64,000 nt of DNA from a bacterium (GCA_963675755.2 CAXXMD010000003.1:864001-928000); one strand, 5' to 3'. Counted from the first letter of the stretch, positions 28,358-39,532 are shown. Translations and numbers: made by a program. Notes: generated from the sequence alone by a model not told the origin.

Positions 28358-29356
28358 TTATAAATAGTTTAGATCGTATTTAATCCACATTTGCTTTGTC
28401 TCCCCCGGTTCTACAACCAACAGGTTTGATTCTTTTTTATATCCTTTTGCATACAAGTTATGCGCGTCTGGTGAACAGGTTTGGTTTTCCATACAAAAAC
28501 AATTCGGTGGCTGCGAATAAATAACCATATGCGTAAACTCGTCAGATGCTTCCATGGTAAAACGGATGCCGGCATCCCTGGCTTCCCACCAGCTCACATC
28601 ACCTTCTCCAAATCCCCAAAACACATCATCCAGTGGCAGGGTATTCAAAGGCTGTTCTGAACGGATATCTGGTGAAAACTGGTCCATACTTTCCATTTCA
28701 CCTGTGGGCATTAATCCATCTAACAGCATATGCTTTTGAGCGGGAGCCCCTAAAAAAGTGTTTTCTTTGGTGCCCGGTATATTGAAAAACGGATGCAGCG
28801 CAAAGCCAAAGGGCATGGGACGTTTATCGAAATTTTCCACACTGATGGTAATAGTAAGCCCTGATGCATTCAACAGGTATTTTTGTGAAATACGGTGATG
28901 AAACGGCCAAAGGAAATACAAAGCTTCACCCGGTTCAAAATCCAGATAGGTTTCTACCTCTGCACCCCGATGTGATGATTTGGGCTTTTTAAAATACCAT
29001 TGAATGTTATGAACAAATCCATGTATAAAATGTTCATTCCAGTTGGGAGTAAATTTAAAAGTCTCGTTATTAAATGTAAACTGACTGTCTTTCATTCGTC
29101 CCGGTGAAGGATACAATACCGGGGTCCCAAAATTGCGGCTCTTGAGTTCTTTCATCTCGGGTGCTTGAAACATTGCTTCATGATCGCCCAGTTTAAAGGA
29201 AAACAGATTTGAACCCGCTTTTGGCACAATGCCAACACTTTTGCACAATTCAGGGTATTTAACAACATGTTCTAAAAATACAACATCCCAACCCGATGCC
29301 TTATCAAAAGCCATTTCACTGGTAAACTTTTCAACGGGGGCCATTTCTAACTCCAA
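28358..29356 (-). CDS. Aldose 1-epimerase family protein
   Basis: GTPVLYPSPGR, IHG, FALHPFF, LDDV, CMENQT. Confidence 0.85.
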   Translation of the reverse strand: MELEMAPVEKFTSEMAFDKASGWDVVFLEHVVKYPELCKSVGIVPKAGSNLFSFKLGDHEAMFQAPEMKELKSRNFGTPVLYPSPGRMKDSQFTFNNETFKFTPNWNEHFIHGFVHNIQWYFKKPKSSHRGAEVETYLDFEPGEALYFLWPFHHRISQKYLLNASGLTITISVENFDKRPMPFGFALHPFFNIPGTKENTFLGAPAQKHMLLDGLMPTGEMESMDQFSPDIRSEQPLNTLPLDDVFWGFGEGDVSWWEARDAGIRFTMEASDEFTHMVIYSQPPNCFCMENQTCSPDAHNLYAKGYKKESNLLVVEPGETKQMWIKYDLNYL

Positions 29357-29359
29357 AAT

Positions 29360-30595
29360 TTATTTTTTACGTTTCTGATATGCGTCTGCTAGTTCCATAA
29401 ATATCTCTAAATCACTATCCAAATTGTTTTGAGTGCCATCAAAATAAAACACCCTTATGGGATAATCATCCAAATCTTTACCAAGCTTTGGGTACACACT
29501 TTCGGTAATAATACCATTCATACAGGTAAAAGGACTAATATCTATTACGCCGGCGGCACCTTTTTCATGATACCAGATGGTCCTTCCCACACTCATAACC
29601 ATCTCGCCATGAGAACCGTCACGAGGCAAATAAGGTTCACTTCGGTTCAACAATTCCAAAACATGGTGCGGTTCTTCATATCCCACAAAATCCTCTTTAA
29701 CCAGTTTCAGCAACGGATTTTCGTCCCAATGCATAACCTGCTGGCGCAGGCGGCATTTAAGCATGTCCATGGAAAAACGTTTACCTTGTCTCTCTAACCG
29801 GACCCGCTCTTCGTCATTGGTGTACCACACCCATTCCGAAACATCAGACATCCAAACTTCACCACCAAGGGATTCTATTTTTTTTATAATATAATCATTA
29901 CTAAAATCATTCAAACGACAAAAGATCTCACCCACAATACCAATTAAAACTTTTTTTTGCAATTTATCAACCTTGATCTTTCTAAACTGGTCACGGCTTT
30001 GCTTTAAAGCATCTAGAATGGCATTCGCACGAACCCGCAGGCTGACATCCTGGAGAGCAACAGCGTTACAGACACGGTCAAGAGATTCATTGAACACCTT
30101 GTCTGTGGTTCCGGTTTCCAGTTCGTAGGGCCGGGTTTTTAACTGGAGCTTGCGCAAAATATCAGAACAAACAACAGCCATCCACGCGGTTCGCAAAAAT
30201 CCGGCACTGCCGGTCTGAATATCGTTATAGCCGCTGTAACTGGTGGGAGCAAAGATCAACACATCTTCAGCGCGCTCTTTGAATACCCTGCGTGCCAATG
30301 GCAGGTAATGACCATAACGGCAGGGTCCGTTTGACGTTGGCAGCAAAAAAGCGGTTTTGTCAGGATCGTATTCCGGTAATTGAGTGACTTTGAGAAAATT
30401 GCCCAAAGTAATAGCTTCGGGAAGGCACTCATCACCAGACAAGTATTGACGGGCAAGCTCTAACGTATGCATATCGCTTTCAGGGGAGGGTTTTGCGTCT
30501 ACTCCCAGCGACTTGAATGCGGCTGCCATACAACGCGAACCGACATAAGACATTTGGGGAATATATAATGTACGGTCTTTTAAGGATTTCGACAT
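29360..30595 (-). CDS. 2-hydroxyacyl-CoA dehydratase/reductase-like Fe-S subunit (PlsR-like)
   Basis: GDECLP, GPCRYG, GIVGEIF, SPFTCM; 2 bp downstream of the activase gene. Confidence 0.8.
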   Translation of the reverse strand: MSKSLKDRTLYIPQMSYVGSRCMAAAFKSLGVDAKPSPESDMHTLELARQYLSGDECLPEAITLGNFLKVTQLPEYDPDKTAFLLPTSNGPCRYGHYLPLARRVFKERAEDVLIFAPTSYSGYNDIQTGSAGFLRTAWMAVVCSDILRKLQLKTRPYELETGTTDKVFNESLDRVCNAVALQDVSLRVRANAILDALKQSRDQFRKIKVDKLQKKVLIGIVGEIFCRLNDFSNDYIIKKIESLGGEVWMSDVSEWVWYTNDEERVRLERQGKRFSMDMLKCRLRQQVMHWDENPLLKLVKEDFVGYEEPHHVLELLNRSEPYLPRDGSHGEMVMSVGRTIWYHEKGAAGVIDISPFTCMNGIITESVYPKLGKDLDDYPIRVFYFDGTQNNLDSDLEIFMELADAYQKRKK

Positions 30596-30597
30596 AT

Positions 30598-33500
30598 TTA
30601 AACTTTCCGGGACTCTAGCGTATTCATAACAGATGCGTTTGTGTGAGACAACAAACCTTTGCTGGTCAAAAAAGCTTCGCAGCGGGTCATAATTCCGGCA
30701 TCGTTACTGTGATCATCAAACTGTAATGTCAAATAGGGTGATCCTAAACTGTCACCCACAAAATGTTTAATATAAGAATCAGGCCCACATTTAAAATTGG
30801 TAATATAAATTGCAGAAAAGCCTGCTTGCCGACCGGTAAACGTGGCTGCCTGCATGATCTTGCGGCCATAATTCCAAAACATATTTTCATGGTACTCGTG
30901 TATATCTATATTTTCAAAAGGCAAAAATTCCATGGGGATAATATTCATCCCGTACTGGTCACGCAATTTGCCCGGTACATTCAAATTGATGCCTGAATCA
31001 AACAAATTATAAGGACGCCCCAACAGCACTACGGCTTTGTGCCCTTGCAATGAGGATAAAACAGAACGACCGATCTGTTTTATCTGTTTTTCAAAGCTTG
31101 CTTGGGCAGCAAATGCAAGGTCAACCGCATTGTCACTGTTTTTAACCGATGCTCCCAGTTTTTTGGCAAAAGGACGCATGGTACGTTTTATATAATCCAT
31201 ACCTTTTCGATATCGAATAACCGGTATGAGCATTTTGTCTATTATGCTCTGATCATATATTGTTGATTTTACCACATAAGGAACGGTTTGCTCCCAGGGG
31301 CAGTACCACGATTCTTTTTCAGGAAATTCAGTCTGAGCATTCACAATATTGGGAGACAAGATATAATCTACATCTTTATCCAGCAAATCCATAAAATGCC
31401 CATGCGCGGCAATGATAGGAAAACAGGGATCAGCAATAGCAAGTTCCCGCCCCTGTTTGACAATACTCTTGTGGGTAATATCAGATAATATGATTTCCGC
31501 ACCCAGATAACCAAAATAGGTTCGCCAAAAAGGAAACTGGTCATAAAAATACATGGTCCGGGGAACACCTATTTTCACACCCAAACCATCCGGACCCTGC
31601 ATATCTTGCAGCAGCAAATCATTATATGTTTTTATCAAATCCGGAATTACCGGTTTTTGATCAAATTTCTTCTTTTTTCTAAACCGATCAGAGCACTTGT
31701 CGCCCCAATAGGTCTTTTCACCTTCAACGGTACATTCCTGCACATCACACTGGTTCGAGCACGCTTTGCAGCGAATATTGCGTACCTTGAAATCTACTTT
31801 TGAAAGATCAAATCCTCTAAACCGGGAAGGACCGGGTTGTGATTGCATCTTTTCTTTTGCCAAAAGTGCGGCACCTACCGCACCCACTACTCCATTAAAG
31901 GGAGGTATTGTAATCGTTTTATCCAAAACCGTAGCAAAAGCGGCAGATACTGCCCTGTTATATGCAGTACCGCCTTGAAAGAAAATATGATCACCAATTT
32001 TTCGGTCTCTAACCACACGATTCAGATAATTATAAACCACTGCAAAAGAAAGACCCGCACAAATATCATTTTTAGGAATTCCCTGCTGTAAAAACGCGGT
32101 AACATCTTTTTCCATAAAAACAGTACAGCGCTCACCCATTTTAATAGGAGATTCAGAGCTCATGGCAAGATCCGCAAACTCTTCTTTAATGGAAATACCC
32201 ATTTTAGAAGCTTGTTCCTCGAGAAAAGAGCCTGTACCTGCAGCGCATGCTTCATTCATGGTAAAATCTACAACAATATCATCCTGAATGGAAATAAATT
32301 TAGAGTCCTGACCGCCAATCTCAAAAATAGTGTCAACTTTTTCCTGACCCAGGATTTTCGCAATGGTCACGGCTCCGGTTTTATGGGCGGTAATTTCATC
32401 ATTCACGGCGTCTGCGCCGGTCAACTCTCCAATCAACTCGCGACCTGATCCGGTAGTTCCCACACCTAAAATTCCAACACGTCCGCCCCACTTTTTGTCC
32501 CAGAGTGCCAATTCTCGCTGAACCACCTCAATGGGTTTACCCTCGGTTCGGGTATATACGGAATCCAACACCTGGCTGTCTTTATCCAGCAATACTAAAT
32601 TTGTACTGACAGACCCAATATCCAAACCCAAATAAGCGGAAATGGACTGGCTTTCTTGTTCGCTGGTAAAACCGTCTTTATGATTTATGTTAACTTTTTC
32701 TGAATCAAGTTTACGGGTTCGGGGCAGCAAGTTGAGATTGGTATAAGAGCCAAAATGCGAATCTATTTGATCGCTTTTTATCTCTGCCGATTGCTCAAGT
32801 AATGCACAGCCCAGTGCTGCAACATGCATGGGGAAATCGGGCACAACCAGTTCATCCAGCTTGAATATATCATGCATTGCCTGCACAACACCCCGGTTTG
32901 CGGCAAGCCCGCCAACAAACACCACACCCGGCTTAAGGGCTTTGCCACGCATTACCGTGCCTTTATAATTTCGAACAACCGCCTCGCACAATCCCTTAAA
33001 GATTGCCGCGGGCGAAAAGCCTCTTTGCTGCGCGTGGATCATATCCGACTTGGCAAACACCGAGCAACGTCCAGCAATATTGGCAGTTGCATCTGCTGTC
33101 ATTACCAGATCGCCAATCTCAGTGATGGGAATGCCCAAACGTTCTGCCTGCTGATCAATAAACGACCCTGTTCCGGCGGCACAATCACCATTGCGCTCAT
33201 AATCCAGTATTGTTACTTTATCAGTATCTTTATCAAAGGCAACACGCAAGTAACGTGATTTGTCTCCACCAATTTCAATAATAGTTTTAACATTGGGTTC
33301 AAAAAAAGATGTACCCCTGCCAATACATTTAAATTCGTTCACATAGGGCGCTTTTAATATATCTGATACCAGTTTTCCCTGAGAGCCGGTAATACTTAGC
33401 TCAAGAGAAAAGTCGTTTAAAAATGACAGTACAGACAATGCCTGTCTGGCAGATTCAACAACATCTCCATATGTACGAATGGGGTCGGCAAACCATATCG

Positions 33501-33657
33501 CATGAGGTATATCATTTAAAACTATTGAATTTGCATGTTTTTGAAAATTTTCAGGGAAAGCATGCTCTTCTACATTAGGCGCCAACACAACCAATTTTGC
33601 GCTGATGGCGCCAATATCTAATCCTGCTCGTATTTTCTTTTCTTCCATATCGATCAT
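30598..33657 (-). CDS. Double CoA-activase ATPase plus DUF2229 protein (PlsA/Ger-like)
   Basis: Two GLDIG..EIGG.DS..CAAGTGSF..RCxVF domains; CxxCxxxC; CFP; CP; NFKCGPDS; DDH..GIMTRCEAF. Confidence 0.88.
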   Translation of the reverse strand: MIDMEEKKIRAGLDIGAISAKLVVLAPNVEEHAFPENFQKHANSIVLNDIPHAIWFADPIRTYGDVVESARQALSVLSFLNDFSLELSITGSQGKLVSDILKAPYVNEFKCIGRGTSFFEPNVKTIIEIGGDKSRYLRVAFDKDTDKVTILDYERNGDCAAGTGSFIDQQAERLGIPITEIGDLVMTADATANIAGRCSVFAKSDMIHAQQRGFSPAAIFKGLCEAVVRNYKGTVMRGKALKPGVVFVGGLAANRGVVQAMHDIFKLDELVVPDFPMHVAALGCALLEQSAEIKSDQIDSHFGSYTNLNLLPRTRKLDSEKVNINHKDGFTSEQESQSISAYLGLDIGSVSTNLVLLDKDSQVLDSVYTRTEGKPIEVVQRELALWDKKWGGRVGILGVGTTGSGRELIGELTGADAVNDEITAHKTGAVTIAKILGQEKVDTIFEIGGQDSKFISIQDDIVVDFTMNEACAAGTGSFLEEQASKMGISIKEEFADLAMSSESPIKMGERCTVFMEKDVTAFLQQGIPKNDICAGLSFAVVYNYLNRVVRDRKIGDHIFFQGGTAYNRAVSAAFATVLDKTITIPPFNGVVGAVGAALLAKEKMQSQPGPSRFRGFDLSKVDFKVRNIRCKACSNQCDVQECTVEGEKTYWGDKCSDRFRKKKKFDQKPVIPDLIKTYNDLLLQDMQGPDGLGVKIGVPRTMYFYDQFPFWRTYFGYLGAEIILSDITHKSIVKQGRELAIADPCFPIIAAHGHFMDLLDKDVDYILSPNIVNAQTEFPEKESWYCPWEQTVPYVVKSTIYDQSIIDKMLIPVIRYRKGMDYIKRTMRPFAKKLGASVKNSDNAVDLAFAAQASFEKQIKQIGRSVLSSLQGHKAVVLLGRPYNLFDSGINLNVPGKLRDQYGMNIIPMEFLPFENIDIHEYHENMFWNYGRKIMQAATFTGRQAGFSAIYITNFKCGPDSYIKHFVGDSLGSPYLTLQFDDHSNDAGIMTRCEAFLTSKGLLSHTNASVMNTLESRKV

Positions 33658-33753
33658 TTATTTTAATAAAAAATAGTTTATAACTTAATAAACAATCTTG
33701 AATCTATCAAGAAGAATTACTGCAGCTTTCCTAAAAGTTGTAGCGTATCCAGA

Positions 33754-34455
33754 TCAATATCCAAAAAAGGATTCGGAAAGAATATTCTCTTTTTCCACAC
33801 CCAGGTTGTTCAGCGTTCCTGTCAATTCCTGAACCATTTGCGGAGGACCACACAAGTAAAAGACGTTATCATTAATGTTATCAATCTTTTTTTTCAAATA
33901 ATCATAATCAACTTTGACTTTTTCGCCATCCCATGTATCATCATCTGTCATTATTGGATTATATATGAACGCGTTGTTTTCAATCTCGTTAAAAAACGAA
34001 TGAAACGCTGCCGTATCCTGCTTTCTATTGGCATAGATCAGTCTTACCTGCTTGTTAAACGCATTATTTTCCAATAATTCTGTAATTATGCTCTTGAATG
34101 GTGTTATACCAATGCCCCCTGCAATAAATACAGAGGGTTTATCAGCATTATATACCATATTTCCCATGGGTCCCATAAATTCAAGTTCGGTATCCGGAGG
34201 GAGATCTATTATGGTTTTCTTGAATCCGCTTTCACTCAAACGGGTAGCAATACGAAGAACCGAATCTGCAGGTGACGACACAATGGTAAAGGTCCTGCGT
34301 GGACCTTTTTTATCATCGTACAGCAATTGCGGTAATTTTATATTAATATGCTGACCCGCTTGAAAACAAAAAGATTCAGGACGTTTGAAATTCAGTTCTA
34401 TAGTTTTTTCAGCAATCGTTGTTGTAGAGATCAAATATGTAGTATAGCTGTTCAT
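33754..34455 (-). CDS. FAD/NAD(P)-binding oxidoreductase (FNR family)
   Basis: FQAGQ, RTFTIVS, GPMG, AGGIGITPF, CGPP. Confidence 0.9.
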   Translation of the reverse strand: MNSYTTYLISTTTIAEKTIELNFKRPESFCFQAGQHINIKLPQLLYDDKKGPRRTFTIVSSPADSVLRIATRLSESGFKKTIIDLPPDTELEFMGPMGNMVYNADKPSVFIAGGIGITPFKSIITELLENNAFNKQVRLIYANRKQDTAAFHSFFNEIENNAFIYNPIMTDDDTWDGEKVKVDYDYLKKKIDNINDNVFYLCGPPQMVQELTGTLNNLGVEKENILSESFFGY

Positions 34456-34473
34456 AGTTTGCTCAAAAATAAT

Positions 34474-36561
34474 TTATACCAAAACAAAATCAATAATTCG
34501 TTCATTCCTGTCAACATGGCTCACACGGATATTAACCTTGTCACCCAGTTTATATGACTTGCCAGAGGCCCTGCCAACAAATTTATATTTTTTCTCATCC
34601 AGAACGTAATAATCGTCCATCGTTTTAACATGTACCAATCCATCAACCAACAATTCCGGAATTTCAACAAAAAAGCCAAAAGGCAGCAAGCGTGTAATAA
34701 AACCGGAAAACTCGGAACCTAAATGCCGCTCCATAAACTCGGTCTGTTTGAGTTTGACAGAAGCCCGTTCTGCCTCAACGGCCTGAACTTCTCTATCTGA
34801 ACACATTACACACAATCGTTGTAATTCTTTTTGATTGATAAACGGTTCCTGCCTGACTGCATAGCGTTTCAAAAGGCGATGCACCAACAAATCCGGATAT
34901 CTTCGAATAGGAGAGGTAAAATGTGTATAAAAAGAATAGGCAAGTCCAAAATGACCCACATTCTTTGTACTGTACTGAGCCTTCATCATGGATCGGATCA
35001 GGCTGTCCTGCAAAATCACCGCGGACTGGTTCTTTTTAAACATTTCCGATAGTTTTTGAAAAAACTGTGGAGTAATTTTTTTTGGAGGTTTTGTATTGTA
35101 TCCAAAAGCTTTGATCAAATTGATCAACTCTGTTATCTTTTCCTCGCTGGGAACATCGTGAATCCTGTAAACAAAAGGAAGCGTATTGCCTGTTTCCTGC
35201 TTAATCTTTTCACCTACAAAGCTTGCAACGGTTTCATTGGCAAGCAGCATAAACTCTTCAATTAAACGATGCGCGTCCAACCGCTCACGACGACGAATAC
35301 TCGTGGGGTGACCCTGCTCATCCAAATCGATATAGATTTCCAGGCTGTCAAAATCGACACCGCCACGTTTGTCACGTTTTACAAGCAACTTTTTATAGAC
35401 GGCATACATATCTTTTAATACCGGTGCCAGGTCGCTTTCCAGCTTGCCATCCATAATATGCTGAGCCTGCTGATAAGTCAGCCGTTTGTGACTGTGGATT
35501 ACAGATTCTTTGATCTCAAAAGAGACCATATCCGCGTTGGGCCGTAGCTCCATCATAACACTGTAGCACAAACGATCTTTACCCTCAACTAGACTGCAAA
35601 GATGATTCGAGATTCGCTCCGGCAGCATGGGAATAACCCGGTCTACTAGGTATACCGATGTGCCTCTTTCCAAAGCTTCACGATCCAGATCGCTTTTAGG
35701 TTGTACATAATAGCTCACGTCAGCAATGTGCACACCCAGAAGCACATTACCGTTTTCAAGACGTTTTAAAGAAATTGCATCATCAAAATCTTTGGCATCT
35801 TCCGGATCAATGGTAAACACGATTTCATTACGCAGATCAAGACGACGTTCCAGCTCTTCTGTTGGTATATCATCCGGTATTTTCTCAGCATCTGCCATAA
35901 TCTTGTCCGGAAATGTTTCGGATAGATTATAATGATGAACCAGCGATAAAATATCAACGCCAGCCTTGTCCGGGGGTCCCAAAATTTCTACAATTTTACC
36001 GGCAGGATTAAGCTGATGGTGTTCCCACTCGGCTATTGTGACCACCACTTTTTCACCATCTTGAGCGCCTTGTTCCTCACCATGGGCAATAACAATATCA
36101 CGGTTGAATTTCAGATCATCGGGAACAACATAGCTGTAATACTTGCCCTGTATAAACGTACCCACAATTTTATTATGCACACGTTCTATAACTTTGGTTA
36201 TCATTCCTTCAGGACTTTTGCCCCGTGATGTAGCAAAAAGCCTGACCTGCACAACATCGTTGTGCAGCGCCAGGCTCATATTTTTTTGGCTTATAAAAAT
36301 ATCTTCACCATCTTCACGGCTTACAAAACCATATCCCTGAGAATTTACATGTAGTTTTCCAACTATTTCCGCATTGGCCGACGCCAGAGCAAACTTGTTC
36401 TTTTTAAGCTTTATCAGTTGGCCTTCACGAACCAGCTGACGCAAAGCATCGCGTAACTGCATGTATTTATGTTTGGGTATGTTTAATTTTCTTGAAATAT
36501 CTTTGGTTTTGTACATACCCGATGGATTAGATTTAAAAAAATCTAGAATGTTTTTTTGCAA
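34474..36561 (-). CDS. rnr: Ribonuclease R
   Basis: N-terminal HTH/CSD, TIDPEDAKDFDDA, HFTSPIRRYPD, C-terminal S1. Confidence 0.95.
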   Translation of the reverse strand: MQKNILDFFKSNPSGMYKTKDISRKLNIPKHKYMQLRDALRQLVREGQLIKLKKNKFALASANAEIVGKLHVNSQGYGFVSREDGEDIFISQKNMSLALHNDVVQVRLFATSRGKSPEGMITKVIERVHNKIVGTFIQGKYYSYVVPDDLKFNRDIVIAHGEEQGAQDGEKVVVTIAEWEHHQLNPAGKIVEILGPPDKAGVDILSLVHHYNLSETFPDKIMADAEKIPDDIPTEELERRLDLRNEIVFTIDPEDAKDFDDAISLKRLENGNVLLGVHIADVSYYVQPKSDLDREALERGTSVYLVDRVIPMLPERISNHLCSLVEGKDRLCYSVMMELRPNADMVSFEIKESVIHSHKRLTYQQAQHIMDGKLESDLAPVLKDMYAVYKKLLVKRDKRGGVDFDSLEIYIDLDEQGHPTSIRRRERLDAHRLIEEFMLLANETVASFVGEKIKQETGNTLPFVYRIHDVPSEEKITELINLIKAFGYNTKPPKKITPQFFQKLSEMFKKNQSAVILQDSLIRSMMKAQYSTKNVGHFGLAYSFYTHFTSPIRRYPDLLVHRLLKRYAVRQEPFINQKELQRLCVMCSDREVQAVEAERASVKLKQTEFMERHLGSEFSGFITRLLPFGFFVEIPELLVDGLVHVKTMDDYYVLDEKKYKFVGRASGKSYKLGDKVNIRVSHVDRNERIIDFVLV

Positions 36562-36571
36562 TATAACCTGC

Positions 36572-37234
36572 TTATCTCCTGAAGCGAGTATTTGTTTTTA
36601 CTTCTTCAAGGTATTTAGTCCAGGCAGATTCAGGATATTTTTCAATAAAATATTCTTCAACAGGTCCTACATTCAAAACTGTGCCATCAACCAGCTTGTA
36701 ATCTGTAAATGTTGGTTTAACGACATACTTTGTTTGACCTGTACTGCCACTCATTTTATCTAATTTAAATACAGTATGCTGCAACGATTGAATTCTACCT
36801 TTGGGTTCAAAAGGAAAATATTGTGCAGTAAACTGAACGGGAGATTCGGCATTCTCAACACGGTATGGATCGGTTGATAAACGCAGACGATTGGTAACAG
36901 TAATAGCGCGACTGGGACGACCAATTATACCACGAACACCCTTGATTGCATATTCACCCATGGGTACATCTGCAAGAGCAAAGTATCCTTCTTCATCGGA
37001 TTTGGTCCAGATACCCAGTTCTTTACCATCATTTGTCTTGCCCACAATGGCTACTTCCAAACCACCGAATGTTACACCTGTTTCGTCAGAATAGTAATCA
37101 TCTTCAACGATAATTTGACCAATAACCAGCATGGTATTTTCTGAAGTAGGTTCCTTGAATACACCCAAAGTAGAGGCGCAACCCAGGCCCAGCATCATGG
37201 CCGCAATAACCAGTAAAAGCGTTACTCTTTTCAT
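36572..37234 (-). CDS. Hypothetical lipoprotein
   Basis: Lipobox LGLGC; GGGAG RBS. Confidence 0.75.
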   Translation of the reverse strand: MKRVTLLLVIAAMMLGLGCASTLGVFKEPTSENTMLVIGQIIVEDDYYSDETGVTFGGLEVAIVGKTNDGKELGIWTKSDEEGYFALADVPMGEYAIKGVRGIIGRPSRAITVTNRLRLSTDPYRVENAESPVQFTAQYFPFEPKGRIQSLQHTVFKLDKMSGSTGQTKYVVKPTFTDYKLVDGTVLNVGPVEEYFIEKYPESAWTKYLEEVKTNTRFRR

Positions 37235-37249
37235 TTTTCACTCCCTGAA

Positions 37250-38629
37250 TTAAAATTCAAAATCACTGTCAGTAAATTCAACTGCAGAATAATTTGACAA
37301 TTTTTCTTTAAATAAATTCACAATTTCTGTTAATCTCTGTTTTGTTTTGGCTTCAAAGCGCAGAACCAATGTAGGTTCAGTGTTCGATGCCCTAACCAGG
37401 CCCCAGCCATCACCAAATTCTACACGTGCGCCATCAATATCGATGGTTTCATACTCTTTACTGAAATCCTGAACAAGCCCTTTAACAACATCAAACTTGG
37501 CTTCATCCGAACATTCTACACGAATTTCAGGAGTCGATTCAAAAGACGGAATCTCTGCAACAAGTTCAGAAAATGTTTTATCAGTGTTTGTAAGAATCTC
37601 CAACAACCGGCCAGAGGCATAAATACCATCATCAAATCCATAAAAATCGTCAGCAAAAAATATATGGCCCGATAATTCACCAGCAAAAGGTGCTTTGGTT
37701 TCTTTCATTTTTGCTTTCATGATGGAATGCCCGGTTTGCCACATGAGCGGTTTGCCGCCATGTTTTTTTATCATTTCAGGAACAGCTTGAGAACATTTCA
37801 CATCAAAAATTATTTGTGAATTGGGTTTACGCTTCAAGACATCAATACTGAACAATGTTAAAAGTGTATCCGCATAAATCAAATTTCCTTTTTCATCAAC
37901 AGCACCAACCCGATCAGAATCACCATCATACGCCAGGCCTACATCTGCACCCTCTTTTACTACCAGATCACAAAGATCTTTCATATATTTCGGCACAGCA
38001 GGGTCAGGCAAGTGATTGGGGAAATTACCATCCGGTTCACAATACAGTGGAATCACTTCCATACCCAATTCTTTCCACAAATCCGGTGCAATAGGTCCGG
38101 CAGTTGCATTACCAGCATCGATAACAATTTTGAGTGACTTTTTAAAATTAAATTTAGATTTCAGCATCTCCAAATAATCCGGCATTACATCTACCTGAGT
38201 AATGTTACCGGGTTCTGCCGTTACAAAATCCTCTTCAAGAATTATACGTTTAATTTCCTGAATATCCTCACCAAAAACACTACCAATACCTTCACACATT
38301 TTAAAACCATTATAAGCAATAGGATTATGGCTTCCTGTAATCATTACGCCACCATCACTATTTAAATGTACGATAGAAAAGTAAAGTGTAGGAGTTGTTA
38401 CTTGTCCAATTTCAATTACATCCAGTCCGGTTGAAGTAACACCCTGAATATACAAATTTGCTAAATGTGGAGAAGAAACACGCAAATCATAGCCCACATT
38501 CACTGTCTTGAGACCACGTCTACTCATTAATGTACCATAGCCTTTTCCTAGATTTAATACCACATCATCAGGCAGATGGGTTTCAACAATACCTCGAATA
38601 TCGTATTGCCGAAAAATACTAACGTTCAT
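37250..38629 (-). CDS. Phosphomannomutase/phosphoglucomutase (AlgC type)
   Basis: FRQYDIRG, TGSHNP, DGDSDR, GELSGH, RASNTEP. Confidence 0.95.
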   Translation of the reverse strand: MNVSIFRQYDIRGIVETHLPDDVVLNLGKGYGTLMSRRGLKTVNVGYDLRVSSPHLANLYIQGVTSTGLDVIEIGQVTTPTLYFSIVHLNSDGGVMITGSHNPIAYNGFKMCEGIGSVFGEDIQEIKRIILEEDFVTAEPGNITQVDVMPDYLEMLKSKFNFKKSLKIVIDAGNATAGPIAPDLWKELGMEVIPLYCEPDGNFPNHLPDPAVPKYMKDLCDLVVKEGADVGLAYDGDSDRVGAVDEKGNLIYADTLLTLFSIDVLKRKPNSQIIFDVKCSQAVPEMIKKHGGKPLMWQTGHSIMKAKMKETKAPFAGELSGHIFFADDFYGFDDGIYASGRLLEILTNTDKTFSELVAEIPSFESTPEIRVECSDEAKFDVVKGLVQDFSKEYETIDIDGARVEFGDGWGLVRASNTEPTLVLRFEAKTKQRLTEIVNLFKEKLSNYSAVEFTDSDFEF

Positions 38630-38643
38630 GAAAATGATCTCCT

Positions 38644-39528
38644 CTATTTTTTCAATTCAATAATCCGGTCTTTATCGGCCAAATCTTTATGTACATGGCA
38701 CTCTGAAAATCCATGAGAGCTATATAAATCTATCAATACATTAGCCTGCGTCTCTCCGATCTCAAAAAAGAGTGTGCCGTTTTCTTTTAACAGGCTTTTT
38801 GAAATTTCTAAAAATTGTTTATAAAAATCAAGCCCTTCCTCACCGGCAAGTAAAGCAATTTCCGGCTCAAAATGCTTAATTTCAAGTGGTAAATTATCAA
38901 ATTCGGTGCGAGACACATATGGCGGATTTGAAACTATAACATCAAAATACAGATTATATTCCATAGGCCAGGGCTTTAAAGCATCGTGATGTAAAAACGT
39001 AACCCTGTCCGCAACACCCAGCAATTCCGCGTTTTCTTTGGCAATTACAATAGCGTCCTGAGAAATATCTGTTGTTACAATTGTTAAATCAGGGGCCATA
39101 CTTGCCAGAGACAAAGGTATATTGCCGGAACCGGTACCTACATCCAGTACTGAACAGGGATGGTCAAACTGCCCTGTTAATTCAAGCACCTTATCTACAA
39201 GCAATTCAGTTTCAGGTCGGGGAACCAACACACCGGGCCTCACTTTGAAAGGCAGCCCCATAAACTCGGCTTCCCCCAGAACGTATTGCAACGGCTCATG
39301 AGCCGTTCGTCTTTTTAATAATATTTTGAAATTCGCCAGTTCTTCAGGCGTCAAGGGACGGTCAAAATTCAAATACAGATCAACCCGTTTAAAACCCAGC
39401 ACATGGGCCAGCATCATTTCCACATTTAGACGACTATTCTCAAACTCTTTTTCTTCAAGATACTGGGTAGTCCAGTTTAACAACTCGAGAACAGTCCAAC
39501 GTTTTTTTTTCGGGTCAGTTGTGGACAC
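38644..39528 (-). CDS. prmC: Release factor glutamine methyltransferase
   Basis: EPLQY, PRPETE, DVGTGSG, SNPPY; follows prfA. Confidence 0.95.
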   Translation of the reverse strand: MSTTDPKKKRWTVLELLNWTTQYLEEKEFENSRLNVEMMLAHVLGFKRVDLYLNFDRPLTPEELANFKILLKRRTAHEPLQYVLGEAEFMGLPFKVRPGVLVPRPETELLVDKVLELTGQFDHPCSVLDVGTGSGNIPLSLASMAPDLTIVTTDISQDAIVIAKENAELLGVADRVTFLHHDALKPWPMEYNLYFDVIVSNPPYVSRTEFDNLPLEIKHFEPEIALLAGEEGLDFYKQFLEISKSLLKENGTLFFEIGETQANVLIDLYSSHGFSECHVHKDLADKDRIIELKK

Positions 39529-39532
39529 GGAA

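Noticed and set aside
39502-39510. A9 run near the 5' end of prmC as a phase-variation site
   Set aside because: Encodes KKK in an AT-rich N-terminus of a housekeeping gene; no other support
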